Source: Bacillota bacterium (GTDB lineage: Bacteria; Bacillota; Clostridia; Saccharofermentanales; DTU023). From it: DNA of 38,777 nt. The stretch is taken from positions 1-38,777 of the forward strand of contig DASRVY010000028.1 of NCBI GenBank assembly GCA_035654855.1. Direction: 5' to 3'. A program made the translations under genes and the position numbers. Positions 27,977 to 37,031 of the stretch are shown piece after piece (the first letter of the stretch is position 1; the number at the start of each line of letters is the position of its first letter). The notes under the pieces were generated by a model. That model was not told where the DNA came from. It ran no database searches and saw only the letters and a list, made by a program, of their open reading frames with translations.

Positions 27977-29414
27977 AATTCGCTCCGATCAATTCTCCTA
28001 TGGCAGATTCTATCTTCTCAGGTAAAAGAGAATATTTGTCTTGAGGTTCTAGTGACCATAATTCCTCTATTGTCGGCGGCAAAGGGGTGCCAAGCAGCAT
28101 TTGAAGCTGAAGAATCTGACCTTTATCATCGGGCGGAAAGTCCTGTCTTAGAGCGCTCAACACAGTATCGGCAAACTTATATGGGCTTGCTGTACTGACG
28201 ATAAGACGTCGTGCCGGCACGTCATTGTTTAATATCGCAAAAGCGGCCACTGCGGAATGAGGATCGAGCAAATATCCGTATTCAACATATACTCTTCTTA
28301 TCGCAGAGAAGACTTGACTCTCGTCCGCCCAGGAAGAGTCGAGGTCCAGGAGTGATGAATCAAAATAGAAGCGGCCTTCAGTCTTGAGCGCCTTCATCAA
28401 ATTATCAATATAGGCACAATCATCGGTCAGTAAGTGCAGATAGCGTTCCATATTGCTGGCGACGAGAATATCCATAGAGGGAGACGTCGTCTTCAGCAGC
28501 TCTCTGTTCGCATCGTAAATGCCGGTGGACAGAAAATCGTGCAGAACTTTATTGCTGTTTGCCGCCAAGTGAATTCTATCCAAAGGCAGTCCCATTTCCT
28601 TACAATAACGGGCGGCGAGGATGTTGCCCACGTTACCACTGGGAACGACAACTGATAAAGGTTCACCGTATTCGCCGACACTCTGCAGATAGGCGTAGAT
28701 ATAGTAAACCATTTGTGGTATCAGACGTCCGATATTAATGGAATTGGCTGAGGTCAGACGAATAGACTGCTTTTTGAGTTTGGCCAGAAAGCTTTCATCT
28801 CGCATCAGAGCTTTGACACTGCGCTGACAGTCATCGAAATTTCCTTCCATGGCGAAGGCGCGCACATTAGGACTTGTGGTTGTGAGCATTTGCCTCTCCT
28901 GGAAAGTGCTGACTCCATTATTGGGGTAGAATACGGCCACTAAAGTGCCATCTTTTCCGGAGAAACCGGACATGGCTGCTTTGCCGGTATCACCTGAGGT
29001 AGCAGTCAGAATCAGGAAGCGTTCTTCGATCTGCAAAATCCTTTTGGCTTCCTCGAAGAGATTGGGCAGGCACTGCAAGGCGAGGTCTTTGAAAGCCAGT
29101 GTAGGTCCATGCCACAATTCCAAAACAGCTGTGTCTTCATCGAGCCAATGGAGAGGTGTAATTTCCGGACAATCAAAATTATCTGCGTAACTTTCTTTGA
29201 CTATGCGCCGGATGGCCGCCGGAGAATAATCGGTCAGAAAGAGTGAAAATATTTTTTCCGCTATTTCCCGGTAGCTGTACTGATTCCAAGCGCCAAAGTT
29301 TATTTGGGGAAACGATTCAGGCACATAGAGACCGCCGTCAGGCGCTATACCTGACAAAATAGCTTCCGAAGCTGTGGCTGTATAGTTTTTTGAACGAGTG
29401 CTTAAGTAACGCAT
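27969..29414 (-). CDS. thrC: threonine synthase (long form)
   Basis: MRYLSTRS N-terminus, HGPTLAFKDLALQ (PLP lysine) and TSGDTGKAA. 481 aa. It lies between hom and thrB. Confidence 0.92.
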   Translation of the reverse strand: MRYLSTRSKNYTATASEAILSGIAPDGGLYVPESFPQINFGAWNQYSYREIAEKIFSLFLTDYSPAAIRRIVKESYADNFDCPEITPLHWLDEDTAVLELWHGPTLAFKDLALQCLPNLFEEAKRILQIEERFLILTATSGDTGKAAMSGFSGKDGTLVAVFYPNNGVSTFQERQMLTTTSPNVRAFAMEGNFDDCQRSVKALMRDESFLAKLKKQSIRLTSANSINIGRLIPQMVYYIYAYLQSVGEYGEPLSVVVPSGNVGNILAARYCKEMGLPLDRIHLAANSNKVLHDFLSTGIYDANRELLKTTSPSMDILVASNMERYLHLLTDDCAYIDNLMKALKTEGRFYFDSSLLDLDSSWADESQVFSAIRRVYVEYGYLLDPHSAVAAFAILNNDVPARRLIVSTASPYKFADTVLSALRQDFPPDDKGQILQLQMLLGTPLPPTIEELWSLEPQDKYSLLPEKIESAIGELIGANYE

Positions 29415-29440
29415 GACAATTCTCTCTTTGTACTGCGCCG

Positions 29441-29483
29441 CAAAAGGCAGATATTTCCCGGTGCAAAAGCAGCAAATATCTGC
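29441..29483 (-). terminator. intra-operon hairpin plus CUUUUG between hom and thrC (partial terminator or processing site candidate)
   Basis: The minus strand reads GCAGAUAUUU-(17 nt)-AAAUAUCUGC, a perfect 10-bp AU-rich stem. It starts 1 nt after the hom stop, is followed by CUUUUG, and sits 27 nt before the thrC ATG. Confidence 0.4.
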
Positions 29484-29484
29484 T

Positions 29485-30636
29485 CTATCTTAAGGCTGAT
29501 GCGGCGAATGACTGCTCTTTCTCTATTACGACAAAACCTTGATTTTGATAAGCAAGAGCGTCTTTAACAGAAATTTTATTAACAGTGGCAAGTCCCTTTT
29601 CAGGCTCACGCAGATAAAACTCAGCCTCTCTGCTCAGAGAAAGGTCATCTCTTTGTCTTTTGCCCCTATCGTAGTAAGTCGGTTTGCTGTTTATTACATC
29701 AAAAAAGTCAGCCCAGAGGGCGTGCGCTGTGGGATACATTCCGCCGCCGGATCCGTAGAAAGCGAGGGAGTCTATCGTGTCACCGGTCAGTTGAACCTGA
29801 TTCTTCACCCCTCCTACGCGGGTCAAAGAGTTGCCGTCAGTTAGCGCTGTTGGCAGTACAGACAGCTGATAAGAAGCATTATCCCGGGTGAGAGAGGCGA
29901 CCAATTTTAGCGTGCGATTCTCGGACTTGGCCCAAAGAAAGTCTTTTTCTGACAGTTTTGTAATGCCGATAGTGGGAATATTTTCTTCCTCAATTTCCTG
30001 AGACAGGACAATTGCAGCCAAAATCGCTATTTTCCTCCTGGCATCATAACCTTCCACATCGTCAGTCGGGTCTTCTTCCAGCACTCCCAAAGTTTTTGCC
30101 TCTGCCATAACTTCTCCATGTGGCCTTCCGCTGCTCAGCTCAGAGAGAATATAATTAGTGGAGCCATTAATTATTCCGCCTATGCCGGTTATTGAATTTA
30201 AATGTCTAATTTTTGACAGGGGATCAATGAGCGGTATGCCCCCTGCAACCGCAGCCTCAAAACGGAAGTGGACACCGGCTTCGCGGGCTATATCCTGCAG
30301 CTTAAAAAAGGCGGACGCGATGGCAGCTTTGTTGGCGCTGATTACATGTTTATTATTTGCCAGCAGTTGGCCGGCGTATTCCACGCCTTTCGGTCCGTCA
30401 CTCATAACCTCAAATACGATGTCGATCGACCCGTCTGTCAAAATATCGTTAAATGAATCTGTCAGAGGCAGTCGCTCAACTGCAAAATCTCCCCTTCTCT
30501 TTTTAGTGTCTCGCACGAGAATTTTTTTCACAGTTATTTCCTGCCCGCATTGTTCCTCCAGAACACTTCTGCGTTGATCGAGAATGTGATATATTCCCTG
30601 TCCTACCGTGCCAAAACCTAAGATTGCAATATTCAT
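29485..30636 (-). CDS. hom: homoserine dehydrogenase
   Basis: The N-terminal Rossmann motif MNIAILGFGTVGQG, then VISANKA and GIINGSTNYIL, are typical of Hom. Its start overlaps the asd stop by 4 nt. Confidence 0.88.
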   Translation of the reverse strand: MNIAILGFGTVGQGIYHILDQRRSVLEEQCGQEITVKKILVRDTKKRRGDFAVERLPLTDSFNDILTDGSIDIVFEVMSDGPKGVEYAGQLLANNKHVISANKAAIASAFFKLQDIAREAGVHFRFEAAVAGGIPLIDPLSKIRHLNSITGIGGIINGSTNYILSELSSGRPHGEVMAEAKTLGVLEEDPTDDVEGYDARRKIAILAAIVLSQEIEEENIPTIGITKLSEKDFLWAKSENRTLKLVASLTRDNASYQLSVLPTALTDGNSLTRVGGVKNQVQLTGDTIDSLAFYGSGGGMYPTAHALWADFFDVINSKPTYYDRGKRQRDDLSLSREAEFYLREPEKGLATVNKISVKDALAYQNQGFVVIEKEQSFAASALR

Positions 30637-31628
30637 GAGATACTCTCCGGATATTTTGCTATGAATTTTTCCGCTATTTGAATCGCATTTGTCGCTGCGC
30701 CTTTGCGCAGATTGTCAGCGACTGTCCAGAAATGAATTACATTTGTTCTGAACAGATCTTGGCGCAGACGGCCAACTTCAATTATGTCTTTGCCTCTCAC
30801 ATTCTCGGCAATGGGATAGAGATTTTTCGCTGTGTCGTCAACGACAGACAGACCATCAAACTCAGACATTGTTTGCCTGACTTGTTCGATATCCGGTTCG
30901 CTGTCCAGTTCGACAGTGATGGCTACACTATGTCCTGTAGTAATGGGAACTCTGACGCAGGTGGCGCTGATCGGCACGTTGGGCAGCTCCAAGATTTTCG
31001 CAGTCTCATTGATCATTTTTATTTCTTCTTTGCTGTAACCATTGTCAAGAAAGACATCAATGCGCGGCAGCACACTCTCACTTATTTTGTGGTCAAAGCA
31101 GAGGGCGGTGTCATTTAATAAATCATTCAGCCCGCCGATACCTGCGCCTGAACAAGCCTGATAAGTGGCATAGTTAATACTTTCTATTCGGTAGAGATGG
31201 GCCAATACTTTTAAGGGGGCCATGCACTGTATAGTGGAACAATTGGGATTGGCGATAAGACGGTTATTGCTTTTTACCCGGTCAAAGTTTACTTCGGGCA
31301 CAATCAGAGGCACATTGTCATCCCCGCGATAATATGAAGAATTATCTATGGTCACGATGCCTTTTTGCGCACTGAGCATTGCGTATTGTTTGCTGATTTC
31401 GCCCCCGGCGCAAAAGAAGGCAAAATCATAATTGCTGCTGAATGCGTCTGCTGTAAGTTCTTCGACTGTAAATTTTTGCCCGAAAGCGTCTATACTCTTG
31501 CCGGCAGATCTGCTTGAAGCCAAGGGCAGCAATTTCTTCAAGGGGAAGTCTCTTTCTTCGAGGATGTTGATTAGTGTTGTACCTACCAGTCCTGTGGCCC
31601 CGACGACAATAACATTATATTTTTTCAT
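30633..31628 (-). CDS. asd: aspartate-semialdehyde dehydrogenase
   Basis: VVGATGLVG Rossmann motif and active-site IANPNCSTIQ. 331 aa. There are 4-nt overlaps with both neighbouring genes. Confidence 0.92.
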   Translation of the reverse strand: MKKYNVIVVGATGLVGTTLINILEERDFPLKKLLPLASSRSAGKSIDAFGQKFTVEELTADAFSSNYDFAFFCAGGEISKQYAMLSAQKGIVTIDNSSYYRGDDNVPLIVPEVNFDRVKSNNRLIANPNCSTIQCMAPLKVLAHLYRIESINYATYQACSGAGIGGLNDLLNDTALCFDHKISESVLPRIDVFLDNGYSKEEIKMINETAKILELPNVPISATCVRVPITTGHSVAITVELDSEPDIEQVRQTMSEFDGLSVVDDTAKNLYPIAENVRGKDIIEVGRLRQDLFRTNVIHFWTVADNLRKGAATNAIQIAEKFIAKYPESIS

Positions 31629-32968
31629 TCGCTTTCATCCTCACTGAAAAAATAGTCGTAAAGCGTTTGAATTGCCAAATTATATTGAAAGCTCTCAATA
31701 CCGATAATGATATTGTATTCGCTGGAACCTTGGGTGATCATGCGGATATTCACGCCAGTGCGTCCCAAAGCGCTGAAAACTTTGCCGGCAATCCCAGGCT
31801 GATAAGCCATACTTTCGCCAACTACTGTAATCAAGGCCATGTCCTGTTCATAGCTGCTCTGATCAGGACGGCAGTAGAGATTGATTTGTTCTGCGATTTG
31901 CTCGAGCTCCTTCTTGTCATCAATATGAAAAATAATCGATATTGTGTCCAATGATGTGGGCATGTGATGGATTGTTATTTTATGAGCTTCAAAGATAGTG
32001 CAGATTTTTCGCAGAAAACCATAGTCTTCATTCTTGCCGTACTTCTTAAGGTGGATTACGGTGAAATTTTGTTGTCCCGCTATACCGGTTACCAACTGAC
32101 CATTAGCGACTCTTTTGCCGGCGTGTATCATCGTTCCCGGATTTTCGGGGAAATTAGTGTTTTTAATCAGAAGTGGAATTTCAGCTTCTCGCGTCGCCGC
32201 AATCGCATCAGCCTGAATGATCTGTGAATCTGAATAGCTTAATTCTCTCAACTCAACATAGCTGAGAGAATTGATTGTTTTCGGATTATCGACGATCTTG
32301 GGATCCGCAACTAAAAAACCAGGCACATCTGTCCAGTTCTCATAAAGATCCGCTTCCAGACCGGCTGCCAATATAGCTCCGGAGATATCTGAGCCTCCCC
32401 GGGGGAAAGTGACAATTTCTCCTTTCGCAGTTGCGCCGTAAAAACCCGGCACAACGATGCCCTTTATGCCCCAAAGCTTGTTGTCGGCAAATTCTTTCAT
32501 CAGTTTATAGCTGGCAGCCTTGTCATATTTTTTCTGAGAATTGAAAACTATCAAATCCTTGGCGTCAACAAATTCATAGCCCAAAAAATCAGCCATCAAT
32601 AAAGCATTCAAATATTCACCGCGGCTAACCACATAGTCCTCACTGGCGACGGCAGTCAGGTTTTTCCTGATAGTGTCAAGTTCTTCTTCTAAAGGAAAGC
32701 TCAGTCCCAAATCGCTGTGGATAGTTCGATAGCGATTGGCGATCTCCTCAAAAATCTCACTCGGATCAAGCTGCTCCCTGGCAAGCTGATAGCAAAGATA
32801 CAAGGTGTCTGTGATTTTAAAGTTGTCATCGCCGTGTTTTCCGGGCGCCGAAACTACGACAACTTTCCGTTGTTCCTCAGAATGAACAATATTTTTGATT
32901 TTTTTGAATTGCAGGCTGTTAGCACAAGAACTGCCGCCAAATTTTGTTACGATCATCATTTGCTCCAT
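31625..32968 (-). CDS. aspartate kinase (monofunctional, with C-terminal ACT domains)
   Basis: VTKFGGSS, VVVVSAPGK and FPRGGSDISGAILA, plus an ACT-like C-terminus (ITVVGESM ... GVNIRMITQGSSEYNIIIGI). The true start may be the 4th or 5th codon (ATG ATG at 32959/32956), because GGAG lies inside codons 1-2. Confidence 0.88.
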   Translation of the reverse strand: MEQMMIVTKFGGSSCANSLQFKKIKNIVHSEEQRKVVVVSAPGKHGDDNFKITDTLYLCYQLAREQLDPSEIFEEIANRYRTIHSDLGLSFPLEEELDTIRKNLTAVASEDYVVSRGEYLNALLMADFLGYEFVDAKDLIVFNSQKKYDKAASYKLMKEFADNKLWGIKGIVVPGFYGATAKGEIVTFPRGGSDISGAILAAGLEADLYENWTDVPGFLVADPKIVDNPKTINSLSYVELRELSYSDSQIIQADAIAATREAEIPLLIKNTNFPENPGTMIHAGKRVANGQLVTGIAGQQNFTVIHLKKYGKNEDYGFLRKICTIFEAHKITIHHMPTSLDTISIIFHIDDKKELEQIAEQINLYCRPDQSSYEQDMALITVVGESMAYQPGIAGKVFSALGRTGVNIRMITQGSSEYNIIIGIESFQYNLAIQTLYDYFFSEDESE

Positions 32969-33019
32969 TTAACGTTTATGCATTTTTATTAATTGTCTCA
33001 CAGTTTACTGAAATAACTC

Positions 33020-33349
33020 TTAAAATACCAGCTGCACCAGCAACATATAACAAATAGTTCCGCCGGCGATGGGAAACAGTAATTGTCTCTTTCTGAAATA
33101 TAAGGCGCAGGTCACAATGATCGCCAGCGCTTCAGGTATTCCATAATTTTCTCCGAGGAATTCGACATTTCTGAGACAATAGACGACCAACATGGCAAAG
33201 ATTGCTGCAGGTAAGGCTTTGCCCAGATAAGAAATATATTTCGGCGTCGGCCTTTTTTCTGAGAAGATGAGAAAAGGCAAAAAGCGCATAGATACTGTGA
33301 CGAAGACGCAAATTGCTATAGTTATGATTTTTTCAGTCAGCGTCATCAT
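33020..33349 (-). CDS. azlD: AzlD-family branched-chain amino acid transport protein
   Basis: A 109-aa hydrophobic protein with 3-4 TM helices. It overlaps the azlC stop by 4 nt, the classic AzlCD pair arrangement. Confidence 0.75.
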   Translation of the reverse strand: MMTLTEKIITIAICVFVTVSMRFLPFLIFSEKRPTPKYISYLGKALPAAIFAMLVVYCLRNVEFLGENYGIPEALAIIVTCALYFRKRQLLFPIAGGTICYMLLVQLVF

Positions 33350-34092
33350 GGGTCAACCGTCCCTTCATCGACATTGAGAGTCAATCCGCCCGCCTTTTCA
33401 ATAGGGCCGCGGAACAGTGTGAGCAGCAGCAAGATAATCACCATAGTCGGCAGCAGAAAAGATTTCGCGCCAAAGATTGTCAGACTGACGATGGCGGCGG
33501 CAAAACCTATCAACGCTGTATAATGTTTGTTCTCTTTGCTCCATTGCTCGAGGAAAATTACTACAAAAAGCGCAGTCATTACAAATTCAAGCCCCTGCGT
33601 GTTGAAACTGATCAATGAGCCAGCTAATCCTCCGAGAGCAGAGCCGATAAACCAATACATATGGTTGAGAAAACTGATGAAAAAATAAAACCAGCCTCTG
33701 TCAATGCCTGGCGGGACCTTCAGTGTATAGTTTAAAGAGAATGTTTCGTCACATAAGGCAAAGTAGAGATAAAAACGTTTCCAACCCAGATGTTTGTATT
33801 TCTCCAGCATCGCGATACCATAAAAAACATGTCGAACCTGGATCATCAAGGCCAGCAGCAAAGTCTCAAGCGGAGAAAAAGGGCGAAGCAGCATTGTCAC
33901 CATGACAAACTCCAGAGAACCGCCAAAAACAGTCAAGCTCATTAGCGTCGGGTACCAAAAGCTGAAACCGGAGACATTCATATAAACTCCATAAGCCATG
34001 CCTAAAAACCAAAAGCCTGCAAATATGGGTATTGTATAAGGGAATGCCGCCAATAGAGCCTGTCGGCGCACGGTGCTATTCGACTTCGACAT
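33346..34092 (-). CDS. azlC: AzlC-family branched-chain amino acid permease/exporter subunit
   Basis: A 248-aa polytopic protein. Its N-terminal segment (ALLAAFPYTIPIFAGFWFLGMAYG) and size fit AzlC/YgaZ, and it is paired with azlD. Confidence 0.75.
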   Translation of the reverse strand: MSKSNSTVRRQALLAAFPYTIPIFAGFWFLGMAYGVYMNVSGFSFWYPTLMSLTVFGGSLEFVMVTMLLRPFSPLETLLLALMIQVRHVFYGIAMLEKYKHLGWKRFYLYFALCDETFSLNYTLKVPPGIDRGWFYFFISFLNHMYWFIGSALGGLAGSLISFNTQGLEFVMTALFVVIFLEQWSKENKHYTALIGFAAAIVSLTIFGAKSFLLPTMVIILLLLTLFRGPIEKAGGLTLNVDEGTVDP

Positions 34093-34266
34093 TTTTATCT
34101 CCTCCGCATTGTCTTGATTGTTAGAGTATTGTACACGAATAATTTTTCAGAAACATAATATTTTATTACAAGATTGGTATTCGCGCCTTCACCAAACAGT
34201 TATTATATGCCTGTTGCAATTTCTGCTATTAAACTGTTAGATTAGTAATCGTCGAGGAGGAAAGAC

Positions 34267-35667
34267 GTGACCACAATGCAAAAGAATAAACTGGACATCG
34301 TCAACGGGCCTGTTCTCCAGGTCCTTTTCTCTGTCGCTGTTCCGATCATGATCAATAATGTCATTACCTCTCTCTACAATCTTGCAGATGGATTATGGGT
34401 TGCGCAGCTGTCTATTGTGGATTTTACAGCCACATCATTTATATGGCCGCCTCATTTTCTCTTTGTGTCTCTAGGTATCGGCCTGGCGATGGCGGGAACC
34501 TCGATTATCTCTCAGCTGCTAGGCGCAGATAAAATTGAGCAGGCAGAATCCTATGCTTCACATGTTTTTTATTCCTGCTTTTTTGTTGGCCTGATTTTTA
34601 GCGTTTTCGGAGTGGTTTTCGCACCTGCCATTATTGGCGGCATGGGCGCGACAGGACTTTTGGCTGAGAAGTCTGTAACTTACCTTTCCATCATTATGGT
34701 TGGATACATCTTTGAAACGACTTATTTATCCTTCTATTCGATACTGGCAGCGCAGGGACAGACAAAACTCATGACCGTGATCAGTTTGGCTACCGCCCTC
34801 GTAAATGTTGTTCTGGATCCAATATTTATTTTTGCTAAAGTACCTCTGATAGGCATCAAAGGTCTTGACATGGGAATTGCGGGCGCTGCGTGGGCGACAG
34901 TGATATCACAAGTTTTACGAGTCATACTGGCAGTACTGGCGGTGATGTCTCGTCACAATGGAGTAAGACTGCGCCTTAAGGGGATTAAGCTGACGAAGAG
35001 ACAGTTTGGCGAGATTGCCAGAGCAGGATTTCCAACAGCATTAGGTCAGGGCAGCGCAGCTTTAGGCTTTACCCTGATGAACAGCATCGTAGTCTCCTAT
35101 GGACAAGCGACTTTGTCAGCTTATGCGGCGGTTAACCGTGTCAGCGGCTTTCTTATGCAGCCGGCTGAGGGAGTTGGCAGTTCTTTAACAGCCATAGTCG
35201 GGCAGAATATGGGAGCGCGGAAGATTGACAGGGTAAAAAAATTCAATCGCACCGCCTTCAAATCAATCACTTTAATAACGATCGCGAGCGCATCACTTCT
35301 AATTCTTGTACGTTATCCTCTGCTCAAATTATTTTTGGGTCAAGGAGGGGATGATGTCGATCTGGTTTGGAAGCTGGCACTTGAATATGTTTTTTATATA
35401 GCCGCAATGACTCCTGCCATGGGTTATTTTAGCGCATTTACGGGCATATTTATTGGATCCGGTTATCATCGTTATTCGGCTTTTTTATCTATTTTAAGAC
35501 TATGGGGACTGCGTTTACCTCTTGTGTTGTTATTTCAGCGCTTTACAAATCTGGGTGCTACCGGGGTTTGGATTTCGATGTTGTTATCCAATATTTTGCT
35601 GATGCCGGCAGGGCTTTGGCTTTATTTGCGAGGCAAGTGGATTAAGGAACCGCGCATAGACCATTAA
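34267..35667 (+). CDS. MATE family efflux transporter
   Basis: A 12-TM protein with a typical MATE N-terminus (GPVLQVLFSVAVPIMINNVITSLYNLADGLWV) and an internal repeat. The GTG start is 6 nt after GAGGAGG; an alternative ATG is at 34276. Confidence 0.85.
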   Translation: MTTMQKNKLDIVNGPVLQVLFSVAVPIMINNVITSLYNLADGLWVAQLSIVDFTATSFIWPPHFLFVSLGIGLAMAGTSIISQLLGADKIEQAESYASHVFYSCFFVGLIFSVFGVVFAPAIIGGMGATGLLAEKSVTYLSIIMVGYIFETTYLSFYSILAAQGQTKLMTVISLATALVNVVLDPIFIFAKVPLIGIKGLDMGIAGAAWATVISQVLRVILAVLAVMSRHNGVRLRLKGIKLTKRQFGEIARAGFPTALGQGSAALGFTLMNSIVVSYGQATLSAYAAVNRVSGFLMQPAEGVGSSLTAIVGQNMGARKIDRVKKFNRTAFKSITLITIASASLLILVRYPLLKLFLGQGGDDVDLVWKLALEYVFYIAAMTPAMGYFSAFTGIFIGSGYHRYSAFLSILRLWGLRLPLVLLFQRFTNLGATGVWISMLLSNILLMPAGLWLYLRGKWIKEPRIDH

Positions 35668-35690
35668 TGCGGAATTGAATTTGGAATGCA

Positions 35691-35733
35691 GAGGACCCGC
35701 CTTATGTGGTCTTCATAGGGCGGGTCCTCGTTT
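35691..35733. terminator. strong rho-independent terminator between convergent MATE and oxidoreductase genes
   Basis: GAGGACCCGCC pairs with GGCGGGTCCTC (11 bp, extendable to about 16 bp). GTTT follows on the plus strand. It lies 24 nt after the MATE stop. Confidence 0.7.
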
Positions 35734-35783
35734 AAAAGCTATTCAGCAGAGAATCGCTAATCAGTTAGTCAGATAATTACTCT

Positions 35784-36956
35784 TCACTCTTTTAGCTGTT
35801 TTTGCAGAGTTACCATCTCTTTGGCATAGTCACCCAGCAAAATGAAGCCTGCCAGTTTATTGTCTTTGTAAACCAGTTTCTTATAACTATAGTGCTGAGG
35901 ATCCTCTGAGATCTCGAAATTGTAGCCTTCTCCTTCCTTTTGGGGGAGGTCACCTTGAGATACGATACGGGTATTCATAGTGTTGACAATATAAGGCGGT
36001 GTATCTTTCGTAAATACTTTGTCTGCGCCGGCAGCATTCGCTCCGGCAACTTTGCCTTGAGCCATTGAAATTGACCAAAGTCCAAACCAATAGCCGTCAT
36101 CAACTTCGCAAACATCTCCGGCTGCGTAGATTCCCGGAAAAGAAGTATTCATGCGTTGATCAACTTTTATGCGGCGTCCGATTTCCAAACCGGCATCGGC
36201 AGCAAGATCAGTATTTGCCATTACACCTACAGACATCAATACACAGTCACAGTCAATTCGGCGTCCGTCTTTCAGAATAATTCCCAGGACCGGTCCGGTT
36301 TCTCCTTCGCCCACAACTTCAGCTGAATCAGCGCCTGTTACTATCTCGATACCAAGAGATTCGATATGTTTTTGCACCAGATCAGATGCTCTCGGATCTA
36401 ACTGCCTTTGCAAAAGGATCGGAGCAAATTCCAAAATTTTAACATGAACGCCTGCCTGATGCATTTGCCAGGCCGCTTCTAATCCCAGCAAGCCACCGCC
36501 GATAATTGCACAAGTCTTAAGATTTTTTTCTCTAATGGCGCCGGACAGTTTCTTAGCATCCTGCAGAGACCAGAGTGTAAAGCAATTCTCCCGCTCAAAA
36601 CCTTTTAGCGGCAGAACGAAACTTTTGCTGCCGGTAGTAACAATCAATTGATCCCAGGCAATAATTTCGCTGTCGTCCAACTCTACTTCTTTGGCATCAC
36701 AGTCAATTTTTTTAACTTTTTTGTTCGATACCAGTTTTATCTTTCTTTCTTCATACCACTCCGCAGGATGCAGATAGAGTTTCTCAGCAGCATCAGGGTC
36801 GCGCAAAACTTCTGCAACTCGCAAACGATAAAAGGGCAGATCAGGATCTGCGGAATATACAGCGATGTCGGCTTCAGAATCATTTTTTCTGGCTTCTTCC
36901 GCAGCAGCTATGCCGGCTGCTCCGCTGCCAATTATCACAATTTTTTTCTTTTCCAT
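35784..36956 (-). CDS. NAD(P)/FAD-dependent pyridine nucleotide-disulfide-family oxidoreductase (NADH:rubredoxin/ferredoxin reductase-like)
   Basis: FAD motif KIVIIGSGAAGIAAA, second dinucleotide fold CAIIGGGLLGLEAA, and GIYAAGDVCE near the C-terminal third. 390 aa. Confidence 0.8.
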   Translation of the reverse strand: MEKKKIVIIGSGAAGIAAAEEARKNDSEADIAVYSADPDLPFYRLRVAEVLRDPDAAEKLYLHPAEWYEERKIKLVSNKKVKKIDCDAKEVELDDSEIIAWDQLIVTTGSKSFVLPLKGFERENCFTLWSLQDAKKLSGAIREKNLKTCAIIGGGLLGLEAAWQMHQAGVHVKILEFAPILLQRQLDPRASDLVQKHIESLGIEIVTGADSAEVVGEGETGPVLGIILKDGRRIDCDCVLMSVGVMANTDLAADAGLEIGRRIKVDQRMNTSFPGIYAAGDVCEVDDGYWFGLWSISMAQGKVAGANAAGADKVFTKDTPPYIVNTMNTRIVSQGDLPQKEGEGYNFEISEDPQHYSYKKLVYKDNKLAGFILLGDYAKEMVTLQKQLKE

Positions 36957-37031
36957 TTTTCACCTCAAACTTGCAAATTAATCGTTGTTTTTCAGTATAG
37001 TTATTTTTAGCTGCTCAATCCGGGCAGCAAG

